Virus record (IMG/VR): IMGVR_UViG_3300022927_001391
Span: 32,001 to 96,000 of that record
DNA length: 64,000 nucleotides
Source: a virus
Strand: one strand, 5' to 3'
Shown here one piece after another: positions 27,757 through 36,370 of this stretch. The first letter of the stretch is position 1. Each line of letters opens with the position of its first letter. The notes beneath the pieces are model-generated. The model was given only the letters and a program-made list of their open reading frames with translations, ran no database searches and was not told where the DNA came from. A program made the position numbers and the translations under genes.

Positions 27757-27786
27757 ATAATAGCACGGATGCTATTATCGTCAACC
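27757..27786 (-). promoter_or_regulatory. Early promoter GGTTGACG-N16-TATTAT containing inverted repeat ATAATAGCA-CGGA-TGCTATTAT
   Basis: Seen directly. Confidence 0.7.
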
Positions 27787-27794
27787 AAAAAAAC

Positions 27795-27846
27795 CCGCAG
27801 AAAACTACGATTCTATTATTTTTTTAAACCGCAGAAAACTGCGATT
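27795..27846. repeat. Tandem 18-bp direct repeat CCGCAGAAAACT(A/G)CGATT between divergent promoters
   Basis: Copies at 27795-27812 and 27829-27846; copy 2 is itself an inverted repeat CGCAG-AAAA-CTGCG. Confidence 0.85.
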
Positions 27847-27857
27847 TTTTTAGGTTA

Positions 27858-27892
27858 GAAACGGTTGACTATCTGGTTACCCGTGCTATTAT
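27858..27892 (+). promoter_or_regulatory. Early promoter AAACGGTTGACT-N16-TATTAT (GTGC before -10)
   Basis: Seen directly; repeated at 28151 and 28556. Confidence 0.75.
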
Positions 27893-27923
27893 GAAGCATA
27901 AGTTGGAAATGAGGAGCAAGCAT

Positions 27924-28151
27924 ATGTTTATAAGCGAATGGAAGAAATCGGATTGGCGTACCACAGAAACGTGGGAGTCGATCAACTGTTCGAGCGGTGA
28001 TGTAACAATCACCAAGATTGGCGATGGATTCATGGGTCGCGACCCTAACGGCATGCTGGTTTCACAGTTTCCTGATACCTGGGAAAACACTGTTCGGATG
28101 ATGGAATCTTGCTTTGATTGGCGTATAGATTTAGGTGAAAAAATAGCCTAA
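27924..28151 (+). CDS. Small early hypothetical protein
   Basis: GAGGAG RBS in the repeated leader; ATG 27924. Confidence 0.6.
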   Translation: MFISEWKKSDWRTTETWESINCSSGDVTITKIGDGFMGRDPNGMLVSQFPDTWENTVRMMESCFDWRIDLGEKIA

Positions 28152-28184
28152 AACGGTTGACGAAACCCTTATACGTGCTAATAT
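28151..28184 (+). promoter_or_regulatory. Early promoter AAACGGTTGACG-N16-TAATAT (GTGC before -10)
   Basis: Seen directly. Confidence 0.75.
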
Positions 28185-28212
28185 GTATATATAGGAAATG
28201 AGGAGCAAGCAC

Positions 28213-28554
28213 ATGGACAAGATGTACAAAGTTATCGAAGATTTGGACAACAAGCGCAACGAGCAGGGTTTTGAGACTCGTTGGAGCATGTTTGGCGAAG
28301 AGATTGTTGATCTCAACGACCGTGTTGTTAACGAAGAGCGTGATATGTATCGTGTAACTTATCGTGCTTTTGACGAGAACCTGCAGGAATATGAGTTTAG
28401 CTCGTTCACTGCTACGAACACTGTAGAGGGTTTTTGGGCAGCGGCTGAGTCCGTTTTCCAGCAGGCCAGACGTGAAGTTGGTGATTGGCATGTGTTTGTC
28501 GAAGGCTTTAATCTCGTTGAGGATGGTAGCTTCCGGCTTACCACTGGCTCGTAA
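28213..28554 (+). CDS. Early hypothetical protein
   Basis: Repeated leader GGAAATGAGGAGCAAGCACATG; C-terminal DWHVFVEGF...TGS. Confidence 0.7.
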   Translation: MDKMYKVIEDLDNKRNEQGFETRWSMFGEEIVDLNDRVVNEERDMYRVTYRAFDENLQEYEFSSFTATNTVEGFWAAAESVFQQARREVGDWHVFVEGFNLVEDGSFRLTTGS

Positions 28555-28555
28555 A

Positions 28556-28585
28556 GGTTGACACATAGCACAGATGTGCTATGTT
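28556..28585 (+). promoter_or_regulatory. Early promoter GGTTGACA-N16-TATGTT with perfect 10-bp inverted repeat ACATAGCACA-GA-TGTGCTATGT
   Basis: Seen directly; upstream of the AAA ATPase. Confidence 0.65.
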
Positions 28586-28613
28586 TAGATATTAGTTAAA
28601 CAAGGAGAAAGAA

Positions 28614-29723
28614 ATGGCAGACATTGATGCCCGTACTGTTACTCTTGCAGAAGCCGAGAATCGTATCGTTCGTGCTTTCCGCAATAAGCTTCCGGTTTTC
28701 CTCTGGGGGCCTCCGGGTGTAGGCAAGAGCGAGCTTATGGCTGGCATTGCTGACAAGGGCACCTTGGGTAATACTGCCCTGGTAGATATCCGTGTTGCTC
28801 TTATGGAGCCTACGGACCTGCGTGGCATGCCGTTCCTTAGCAAGAGTCAGGATAACATGCTCTGGGCTCCCCCTGTGGATCTGCCCAGCGAGGAGATGGC
28901 TGCTGAGTATGATACTGTCATCCTGTTCCTGGATGAAATGAACTCAGCCGCGCCGGCTGTGCAGGCCGCTGCCTACCAGCTGATTCTCAACCGTCGCATC
29001 GGCACCTACAAGCTTCCCGATAACGTGGTTATCGTTGCTGCTGGTAACCGTGAGAGCGACAAGGGTGTTACCTACCGTATGCCCACTCCGCTGGCCAACC
29101 GTTTCGTCCACCTTGAGGTCCGTCCGGACTATGAGAGCTGGCTGAACTGGGCTGTTAACAACCAGATCAATGAAGATGTGGTGGGTTATATCAGCTTCGC
29201 CAAGCAGGATCTCATGGACTTTGATCCTCGCTCTAGCGGCCGCTCGTTTGCTACGCCGCGTAGCTGGACCTATGTTAGCCGCTTCCTGGAGGACGACGCA
29301 ATCTCTGACAGCGAGCTCACTGACCTAGTCAGCGGTTGCGTGGGTGAGGGTGTTGCGATTAAGTTTATGGCGCACCGTAAGGTTGCCAAGGACATGCCGC
29401 ATCCTGCGGATATCCTTGCTGGCAAGGTTAAGGAGCTCAAGATTAAGGAGATCAGCGCCCAGTATGCCCTGACTATTGGCATGTGTTACGAGCTCAAGAA
29501 TGCCTACGACGACTTTGGTAAGAAGGACGCCAAGCGGTGGCACGAGATGGCTGACAACTTCTTCCGGTTCATGATGGACTTCTTCCCCACGGAGATGACT
29601 GTTATGGGTGCTCGTACGGCTATCACCAACTACAACCTGCCCTTCCAGCCGGACAAGCTGGCGAACTTTAAGGAGTTTTTTGACCGGTTTGGCAAGTATG
29701 TTGTTAAGGCTATGGAGAACTAA
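28614..29723 (+). CDS. MoxR-like AAA+ ATPase
   Basis: Walker A GPPGVGKS, Walker B LFLDE, AAGN sensor, LANRF arginine finger, TPRSW. Confidence 0.9.
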   Translation: MADIDARTVTLAEAENRIVRAFRNKLPVFLWGPPGVGKSELMAGIADKGTLGNTALVDIRVALMEPTDLRGMPFLSKSQDNMLWAPPVDLPSEEMAAEYDTVILFLDEMNSAAPAVQAAAYQLILNRRIGTYKLPDNVVIVAAGNRESDKGVTYRMPTPLANRFVHLEVRPDYESWLNWAVNNQINEDVVGYISFAKQDLMDFDPRSSGRSFATPRSWTYVSRFLEDDAISDSELTDLVSGCVGEGVAIKFMAHRKVAKDMPHPADILAGKVKELKIKEISAQYALTIGMCYELKNAYDDFGKKDAKRWHEMADNFFRFMMDFFPTEMTVMGARTAITNYNLPFQPDKLANFKEFFDRFGKYVVKAMEN

Positions 29724-29724
29724 G

Positions 29725-29994
29725 ATGACTGACCTTACACTCGCGGAAGACTTTGCGCCCTGGTGGGAGTTGTACAAGTACAAAGATCGTGAAATTCCAG
29801 CCAGGGAGTTTGGTGACCAAAAGGTTGTTTATAAGCATGGTAGCAACCGCGGATGGCCTGGCGATGAAGAGGATGTACAGTATTGGGTGGAACTTGAGAA
29901 CGGATTTGCTGTAGGTATGCGTCATGGACGTGGACCCAGCGGCGCTCGTAGAGCACAGTATGCTGAATTTCCTGTGGTTAGAATGAAAGCTTAA
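29725..29994 (+). CDS. Hypothetical protein
   Basis: ATG after GGAG; WVELENGFAVG. Confidence 0.55.
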   Translation: MTDLTLAEDFAPWWELYKYKDREIPAREFGDQKVVYKHGSNRGWPGDEEDVQYWVELENGFAVGMRHGRGPSGARRAQYAEFPVVRMKA

Positions 29995-30000
29995 CCAAGT

Positions 30001-30459
30001 CTAATTTTTAAGAAGTTTGGTTAGTTCCTCTATAACTTTGGAACACTGAGCGCTTTTGTGGAATAACATCTGTATCTGCTCCTTAGCAGGTACAGATTCC
30101 ACAATTTTTTGTAATAACGTAGTTTGCTCTAAGGTGTACAGCGCCATAATTTGATCGTTAGTAATGCTATTAGATTGAATAAGTATGTTGCCTATCTCTA
30201 CGGATATCTTTTCGCCGGCATCCCAGTCAGCTTTAAGATTTTCCTTTATAGCATTGGCACTAGCGGCAGGTTCAGTTTTTTCTAGGTCCTCCTTAAACGC
30301 CTGGTAAATATCAACATAAACTGCTGCTATTTTATATGAGGCCTGGCAGGATATTATAGAACTTAGTCCGTTACGTAACGTGTCTATTTTAGATTGAGCA
30401 TACGCCATATTACTAAAGAGAAAAAAAGACAATAAAGTTAAGATTAATTTTGACTTCAT
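30001..30459 (-). CDS. Secreted/periplasmic hypothetical protein
   Basis: Sec signal peptide MKSKLILTLLSFFLFSNMAYA-Q; two Cys; lone gene on the - strand. Confidence 0.6.
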   Translation of the reverse strand: MKSKLILTLLSFFLFSNMAYAQSKIDTLRNGLSSIISCQASYKIAAVYVDIYQAFKEDLEKTEPAASANAIKENLKADWDAGEKISVEIGNILIQSNSITNDQIMALYTLEQTTLLQKIVESVPAKEQIQMLFHKSAQCSKVIEELTKLLKN

Positions 30460-30478
30460 GATAAACAACCTTTATCAT
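30450..30478 (+). promoter_or_regulatory. Sigma70-like promoter TTGACT-N17-TATCAT with inverted repeat ATGATAAA-N5-TTTATCAT
   Basis: Seen directly upstream of 30508. Confidence 0.55.
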
Positions 30479-30507
30479 ATACTTATACATATATCTAGGA
30501 GATAACA

Positions 30508-30780
30508 ATGACAGATGAAACACAAGTAGAAACAAGCGAGACAGAAGCAGAAGCAGAACAGGCCGAAGCGCCTGCTGCACCCAACTTAGAAATTAATGAC
30601 CTAGTTTTGGTCGCTAATGTAATCCAGGCAGTAGCACAGAGGGGCGCCATTCGTGCCAACGAGATGGCTACTGTAGGCAATCTATACAACAAACTAATGG
30701 CATTTCTAACAGCTAACGGTGCGATTGCTGCGCCACAGGCTGATGAGGCTGAAGAACAAACAGGAGATACTGATGCTTAA
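30508..30780 (+). CDS. Hypothetical protein
   Basis: AGGAG RBS; L.INDL...QRGAIRANEM..VG.LYNKL. Confidence 0.7.
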   Translation: MTDETQVETSETEAEAEQAEAPAAPNLEINDLVLVANVIQAVAQRGAIRANEMATVGNLYNKLMAFLTANGAIAAPQADEAEEQTGDTDA

Positions 30781-31405
30781 ACATGTTGGGAGACAAGGTG
30801 GGGAGAACGTCGTAGTAGTTTTCCGTGAAGTTCCCGGTGAGGAACATATGTGCCTGGTAGTTTACCCAGGTCAACTACCCACATCATTTCATGATGACCT
30901 TATGCGGTGTATTGAGAGTAACGCAGGACAATCATCAAGTCATCTAGGCGAAGCAATGAGTCGTGTAGTAGGTACTGATGGTCGTAATCTGCTACAAGCA
31001 GTACATGCAGAACGATGGATGAAGAAGATTCGTTGTCAGGATGTTATCATGACTCCAGTACCAAATAAACCAGGCGCTCGGTTAGATGAAATTAACAAGA
31101 TCATTGCTGAAATGGAATCAGGTGCAGATGCTGCCAAGCGTATGGCAGAGATTGATGCACAAGCTGGTCTAGCAGATCCGGCTAAGACTATTGACAATAC
31201 AGCATATGCTGCAAGTGCTCAGGGTGTACTAACTGATGCAGATATTGCTGCAGACCTGCTGAAGCAGGCAACACAAATGGAATCACAGATTGCAGGACTA
31301 CAGGCAGAAGTTGCACGTCTTACTGAAGAAGCAACTGCACTTGATCCGAGTGTTGCTCCAGCACCTGCTCCTAAGAAGCGTGGCCGTAAGAAGGCTGCTG
31401 CCTAA
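30773..31405 (+). CDS. Hypothetical protein with coiled coil and basic tail
   Basis: AGGAG RBS; MLKHVG start; KKRGRKKAAA tail. Confidence 0.7.
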   Translation: MLKHVGRQGGENVVVVFREVPGEEHMCLVVYPGQLPTSFHDDLMRCIESNAGQSSSHLGEAMSRVVGTDGRNLLQAVHAERWMKKIRCQDVIMTPVPNKPGARLDEINKIIAEMESGADAAKRMAEIDAQAGLADPAKTIDNTAYAASAQGVLTDADIAADLLKQATQMESQIAGLQAEVARLTEEATALDPSVAPAPAPKKRGRKKAAA

Positions 31406-32085
31406 TGAAGGTAAGCCTGGTTAGTTTTAGTCAAGCCAGTCCAGAGTTTTTAACTGAACACGGTCTTACTGACGCAGATGTGCAGGACCTTATTGCGTTC
31501 TGTGCTAGAGTCAGCAACCCTAGTGGACAGTTAAACATGGAAACTAGCGCCAAGCTCATCAAATATCTCATCAAACACAAGCACTGGTCTCCCCTAGAAA
31601 TGGTTAGTGCTTGTATGGAGATTGAAACTACTCGTGACATAGCAAGGCAGATCCTACGTCACAGGAGTTTTAGTTTCCAGGAATTTAGTCAACGCTATGC
31701 TGATCCCACAAAGGATTTAGAGTTCGTTACCCGTGAAGCACGTTTGCAGGATACTACAAACAGGCAGAACAGCATTGATACAGAAGATGCTAGTCTACAA
31801 GCAACATGGGAAAATAAACAGCTCAATGTTATCGAAGCTGCTCAAAAGGCATATGCGTGGGCTATTGAGAATGGTATTGCTAAAGAACAAGCCAGAGCTG
31901 TATTGCCTGAGGGCAATACAGTAAGCCGCATGTATATGAACGGTACGCTACGTAGTTGGGTACACTACATTGAACTACGTGGTGCTAATGGTACTCAAAA
32001 AGAACACATGGATATTGCCCATGCGTGTGCACGAGTAATTGCAGATGTGTTCCCACTTGCGGACGAAATGTTTGAATGGACGTAA
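31405..32085 (+). CDS. thyX: FAD-dependent thymidylate synthase
   Basis: HWSPLE, RHRSFSFQEFSQRY (RHRx7S), KEQARAVLP, QKEH. Confidence 0.95.
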   Translation: MKVSLVSFSQASPEFLTEHGLTDADVQDLIAFCARVSNPSGQLNMETSAKLIKYLIKHKHWSPLEMVSACMEIETTRDIARQILRHRSFSFQEFSQRYADPTKDLEFVTREARLQDTTNRQNSIDTEDASLQATWENKQLNVIEAAQKAYAWAIENGIAKEQARAVLPEGNTVSRMYMNGTLRSWVHYIELRGANGTQKEHMDIAHACARVIADVFPLADEMFEWT

Positions 32086-32348
32086 CTCACAACTGGGTAC
32101 CTAAACATTCATACCCACAAGGTTGCGGTTACTGGAAAGTATACGAACATCAAATACCCCTCGAGCGTGATGGTGTAATTGGCGAGAGCATATGGTGGGC
32201 GGCAAATAAATGTAAAAGTCGCTGGGGTTGGTATTTTACAGAACATGACAGTCATGCTGTTACAGGCAATGCTGTTATGACATTTGAAGATCCTAAAGAA
32301 ATGGTTTTTTGGGCAATACGTTGGCTAGCAGAACATAGGAAAAAATAA
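32076..32348 (+). CDS. Hypothetical protein
   Basis: 90-aa ORF, Trp-rich. Confidence 0.55.
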   Translation: MDVTHNWVPKHSYPQGCGYWKVYEHQIPLERDGVIGESIWWAANKCKSRWGWYFTEHDSHAVTGNAVMTFEDPKEMVFWAIRWLAEHRKK

Positions 32349-32617
32349 TGGCAAAAGTTATTAAGAAAATTATTACTACTCCACCTGATATAGATAGTAT
32401 TACTCAAAAGCTTGGTATTGGTAGATTAGAACTGGTCAGCATTGCAGCTAATATAGCCAGAACTAAAAGGGTAAAAGCTACCGAGGCATTGTGGATGCTG
32501 GATCGGGGCGAAGTGGCCTTGGAGCAAGTTCGAGAAAATATTGTTCTACAGTTACAAAAACACGTTCCAGAACTGGAACAAAAGCAAGAAGATGATACGC
32601 CTACACAATCTGAATAG
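32348..32617 (+). CDS. Hypothetical protein
   Basis: TAATG coupling, AGGA RBS. Confidence 0.5.
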   Translation: MAKVIKKIITTPPDIDSITQKLGIGRLELVSIAANIARTKRVKATEALWMLDRGEVALEQVRENIVLQLQKHVPELEQKQEDDTPTQSE

Positions 32618-33584
32618 ACTATACGAGGAACTATCTCCAAGTTTAGAACGCATGAACGACCTGGTTTTAAAATCAGGTCGTGTCATGTTGGGCGAATTTA
32701 CTGAAAAATTTGAAAACAGAATAGCAACTGTTGCTGGTGTTGAACATGCCGCAGTAGTAGGCAGTGGCAGTGATGCCTTGTATTATGCTCTAATAGCAGA
32801 AAAGGTAGATGGACCAGTAGCAATGCCTGCGCAAACATTTATTGCTACTAGCAATAGCATCGCAAGAGCAGGATGTCAGCCTGTGTGTATTGACATTAAA
32901 CCTAATGGATTGCTTGATTGGAATTTAGTTCCGCAAGAGATTGAAACAGCGGTATGGGTAGGATTGTTTGGAAACACTGAACATATTCCTGATGACTGTT
33001 TTGTAATAGAAGATGGTGCTCAACATTTTGGAGCGCCCTTACAAGCAGACACTGCTGCTTACAGTTTTGATCCCACAAAAGCATTACCCAACTTTGGCAA
33101 TGGTGGTGCTGTAGTAAGCTGGGATAAAAAGGTTATTGATAGAGTAAAAGAATTACGTAGACATCATACAGTAGACGGGCATGTTGGTGGCAATAGTATT
33201 ATGAGCGAGCGTGATTGTGCTGAGATGCTAGTTAAATTAGATCATTTCCCGTTCTGGCAAGAGCGTAGACAGGAGATTGCTAGAGATTATCATCAGCAGT
33301 TAGGCAGATACGTAAAGTGTGTAACTGATGCAGATGGACAAGTTAGTAAGTTTGTTATTGAAACATCACGTAGAGCTGACTTACAAGCACATCTAACACA
33401 TCGTAAAATAGAAACAAAACGTGCCTATAGTGAGCCTATTGCTACACTAGACAGAGCAGTGGCAAACTGTCATAAGTTTTTACAGTTGCCTTGCGATCCA
33501 TATATGACTGATGAAGAACTGTTAGCTGTTGTAGTGGCTATCAAAGAATTCTTTGAGGAAAGCCCACTCGAAGGTTTGCTGTAG
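32592..33584 (+). CDS. DegT/DnrJ/EryC1 PLP sugar aminotransferase
   Basis: GSGSDAL, TFIATSN, IEDGAQ, SFDPTKAL...GNGGAV, LQLP. Confidence 0.88.
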   Translation: MIRLHNLNRLYEELSPSLERMNDLVLKSGRVMLGEFTEKFENRIATVAGVEHAAVVGSGSDALYYALIAEKVDGPVAMPAQTFIATSNSIARAGCQPVCIDIKPNGLLDWNLVPQEIETAVWVGLFGNTEHIPDDCFVIEDGAQHFGAPLQADTAAYSFDPTKALPNFGNGGAVVSWDKKVIDRVKELRRHHTVDGHVGGNSIMSERDCAEMLVKLDHFPFWQERRQEIARDYHQQLGRYVKCVTDADGQVSKFVIETSRRADLQAHLTHRKIETKRAYSEPIATLDRAVANCHKFLQLPCDPYMTDEELLAVVVAIKEFFEESPLEGLL

Positions 33585-34763
33585 ATCATTTCCATCTTGA
33601 ACATACTTGACTGCATCTTCAGCACCTCGCACACTCCACTCACCGTTCTCACCATTACCAACTGTACTCCATTGCTCTAGTCTATAACGACTCTCAATGT
33701 CCGACTGTTGAGTAAGTTTAACACACTCACGAAACGCTGTACGCCAAGTTTCATATGGTGTGGTGTTAAAGTCAGCAGTGCTTCCTACGACAGGTACTAC
33801 ACCATGTCTAGCACTTAGCGTAAAATCCAATCCCCATTCTGTAGCATCTAACACCATCTGTTTGTGGTATGCAATAATACCCATGTGCCCATATTCTAGT
33901 CCGTTAACAGGATTACGACTATGAAATATCCAGTGTTTGGGCCCTTGTAGCCAGTCCGGTTGCCACTTAAAATTAAAGTCGGGCTCGACGATACACTTAG
34001 CAAACACGTTAAAGAACCAGGGTGTTTCGCTTATCTCAGCACAGGCTTTGTATGCTTGTGCTCTGCCTGTGACGCCGTCTATGCGCTTGGCTCTAGGGCA
34101 CTGTGCCTTTAACAGAAACCAGTTTTTATCGGCGTTTTTTTCACCATTACTAAGATATACAACATCTAGTGGCTTTTCTTCTATATTATAGTCCGTATGA
34201 CGCAATATGTATGGGTAGTCATAGAATTGGTCCTTAAAATGCTGTTTACAGTCCCTAGGCACTAGTAGTACACTGCCGCTCTGTGTAAAGGCGTGTAGAT
34301 CACGTTTTTTCCATAGACTGGGATCATAGTTAATGTCTGCGGGAGTTTGCTTGTGCCATGCATATAGGCTTGTTTGTTCATTCAAACTATCAACTGTAGG
34401 CCACTCATAACGCTGTATATAGGGCTCTGTATGCCAGTTGATATGCTTGTACCACTCTAGTAGTTTAAGGCCCTCTTGTTGACGCTTAAAAGCAGCTACA
34501 GGCACTAGGAAAGTATCCCCAAACTGCTGGTTACCGCTAGCCCAACAGTGTATCTGATCTGCTTCCCAGGGTGCAGGTTGCCATGTAAAATCAAATGTTG
34601 CATAATTGCAACAGTCTGCTACAATCCACACATACTCTGTACGAGCACGGTTAACACACCTACGTATTGTATCTAGGTGTGTACCGTTCCAACGAGTGTA
34701 TTGTGTGTGGGCTGGTAGGTCAACAGTATTACCTGTAATCTGCATGCAAAAGATATCAAACAT
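33522..34763 (-). CDS. Glycosyltransferase-like protein (two GT-A-like repeats)
   Basis: DVVYLSNGE, GVTGRAQAYKA, NPVNGLEYG, TWRTAFRECVKL; paralog of 51355. Confidence 0.55.
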   Translation of the reverse strand: MFDIFCMQITGNTVDLPAHTQYTRWNGTHLDTIRRCVNRARTEYVWIVADCCNYATFDFTWQPAPWEADQIHCWASGNQQFGDTFLVPVAAFKRQQEGLKLLEWYKHINWHTEPYIQRYEWPTVDSLNEQTSLYAWHKQTPADINYDPSLWKKRDLHAFTQSGSVLLVPRDCKQHFKDQFYDYPYILRHTDYNIEEKPLDVVYLSNGEKNADKNWFLLKAQCPRAKRIDGVTGRAQAYKACAEISETPWFFNVFAKCIVEPDFNFKWQPDWLQGPKHWIFHSRNPVNGLEYGHMGIIAYHKQMVLDATEWGLDFTLSARHGVVPVVGSTADFNTTPYETWRTAFRECVKLTQQSDIESRYRLEQWSTVGNGENGEWSVRGAEDAVKYVQDGNDLQQTFEWAFLKEFFDSHYNS

Positions 34764-34764
34764 T

Positions 34765-35415
34765 CTATAAAAACTTATTCATAATGAAATCAGCTATAGC
34801 CCTATGTCCTATTCTGTTAGGATGCATTTCACATGGCCTTATAAAATTTTGAACATCACTATTATTATCTTGTAGCCAACATGAAAAATCTCCACAATGT
34901 GGATATTCTGCAAAGTAATTTTGTGTGTCAAAAACTTCTTTGACTAAACAAGAACGTTTACTAATTAACCATGCGTTATCTGGAATCAGATCGTACAAGA
35001 AACTTTCTGCTAACTGCCCTGCAAATAAATTTACAAAGTAGCACTGTATACCCAAATCCTGGCACCATTTATATAAAATATAAAGAGTTTGGCTTGCAAC
35101 TATGTCATCATTGTAGTCGTTGCCAGTCATTTGTAGTATGCGAAGTTCACTAATTTCTTGGGCAGTGCCTTCTGAATAATCTATGTAGTTATTGTAATCT
35201 TTGTAAAACATCTGTCTACTTGGATCTGTCAAACAAAAAATTGCTATACTAAAATCTTTTCGTACCTCATTAAAACGTCTAAGTAATCCAGGAATACTTG
35301 TTCCGTTAACACCATAGTTGTTTGATCCTAACAAACAAGGAAAAGACCACTTACTATCTAACTCAGCTCCATATACCCAACTATCTCCAAAAAAAACTAC
35401 ACGATTAAAATCCAA
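34765..35415 (-). CDS. SGNH/GDSL-like protein
   Basis: FGDSWV, NYGVNGTS, HPNRIGH. Confidence 0.7.
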   Translation of the reverse strand: MDFNRVVFFGDSWVYGAELDSKWSFPCLLGSNNYGVNGTSIPGLLRRFNEVRKDFSIAIFCLTDPSRQMFYKDYNNYIDYSEGTAQEISELRILQMTGNDYNDDIVASQTLYILYKWCQDLGIQCYFVNLFAGQLAESFLYDLIPDNAWLISKRSCLVKEVFDTQNYFAEYPHCGDFSCWLQDNNSDVQNFIRPCEMHPNRIGHRAIADFIMNKFL

Positions 35416-36370
35416 GATACTGCTCCCTATTATTAATTAAAAAATTAGTTTCCTGTTCAATCCAATTGAGTGTGTTTAGACTGCGTTGGACATTCTTTCG
35501 ATACACATTTCTATTATGATTAAATCTAGATTCGAGTTGAACGATATCATATTCTGTTAACGGTATTTTACTTAACCTCAATACTTCTTGCTGGAATCTC
35601 CACATACGGACATCATGATTAGACTCATTGTCAAAACTTGTATCAACAATGTTATCAAAAACATCAAATCCTAAATTTTTAAGATACTGGTAAGTGCCCC
35701 TGGGTCCATAGATAAGAGGTATGTAGCCCCATAAAAAAGGTTTAATACTTTTTTCTGTTAATCCTATATAATTTTCTGTACAGTAGGTTTCTGCACATAC
35801 GTCAAACAAAAAGTTATGCACAGGATAGAAGTTTCCTACATTGGGACCTATATCCCTATGTACTTTGTCCTCCAAAAAGTTTTTATACGGTTGTTCTATT
35901 TCATCTTCTATATAGCCGCGCTGGCTATTATTATTATAACTTGCATATGATAAATCTAATAACTGGTTGTCTTTAAAAAAATAAAATAGTTCTTTTCTTG
36001 GCTTAGTAGGTCGGTTGTTAAGGAAACAAAAAGTTTTCTCAAGGGAGACTTTCCTAAGTTTAGGCAACTCATCAAAAGTATGATCAAAATTTACAGCATT
36101 CTGAAATTTTAAAAATAATAATTCGGGTCTATAAACATAGTTAAAGTTTGAAAAATGATTGATAAACAGAGAGGGATAATAACAAAAACTGTACAGTCTG
36201 TAATATTTTGTGTAAAGGTTGTTTATTTTTTTGTCAGTAACCTGTTTTACCCATTCAACAATATCTTTATCAAAATTGTCGTCCCAATGGATTAATGTTA
36301 CTATACTCGACCGTTCGTTTTTCCAGTAAATATCATGGTAAATTTCAAAATTTGATAATTTAGGAATCAC
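35405..36370 (-). CDS. TEK-motif GT10-like glycosyltransferase (paralog 1)
   Basis: LNNR...R, AET...LTEKSIKP...G...LKNLGFDVF. Confidence 0.55.
   Translation of the reverse strand: MIPKLSNFEIYHDIYWKNERSSIVTLIHWDDNFDKDIVEWVKQVTDKKINNLYTKYYRLYSFCYYPSLFINHFSNFNYVYRPELLFLKFQNAVNFDHTFDELPKLRKVSLEKTFCFLNNRPTKPRKELFYFFKDNQLLDLSYASYNNNSQRGYIEDEIEQPYKNFLEDKVHRDIGPNVGNFYPVHNFLFDVCAETYCTENYIGLTEKSIKPFLWGYIPLIYGPRGTYQYLKNLGFDVFDNIVDTSFDNESNHDVRMWRFQQEVLRLSKIPLTEYDIVQLESRFNHNRNVYRKNVQRSLNTLNWIEQETNFLINNREQYLGF

Noticed and set aside
27795-28215. Repeats as a CRISPR array
   Set aside because: Only 2-3 copies, irregular spacing, they coincide with promoters and RBSs, and no cas genes are present
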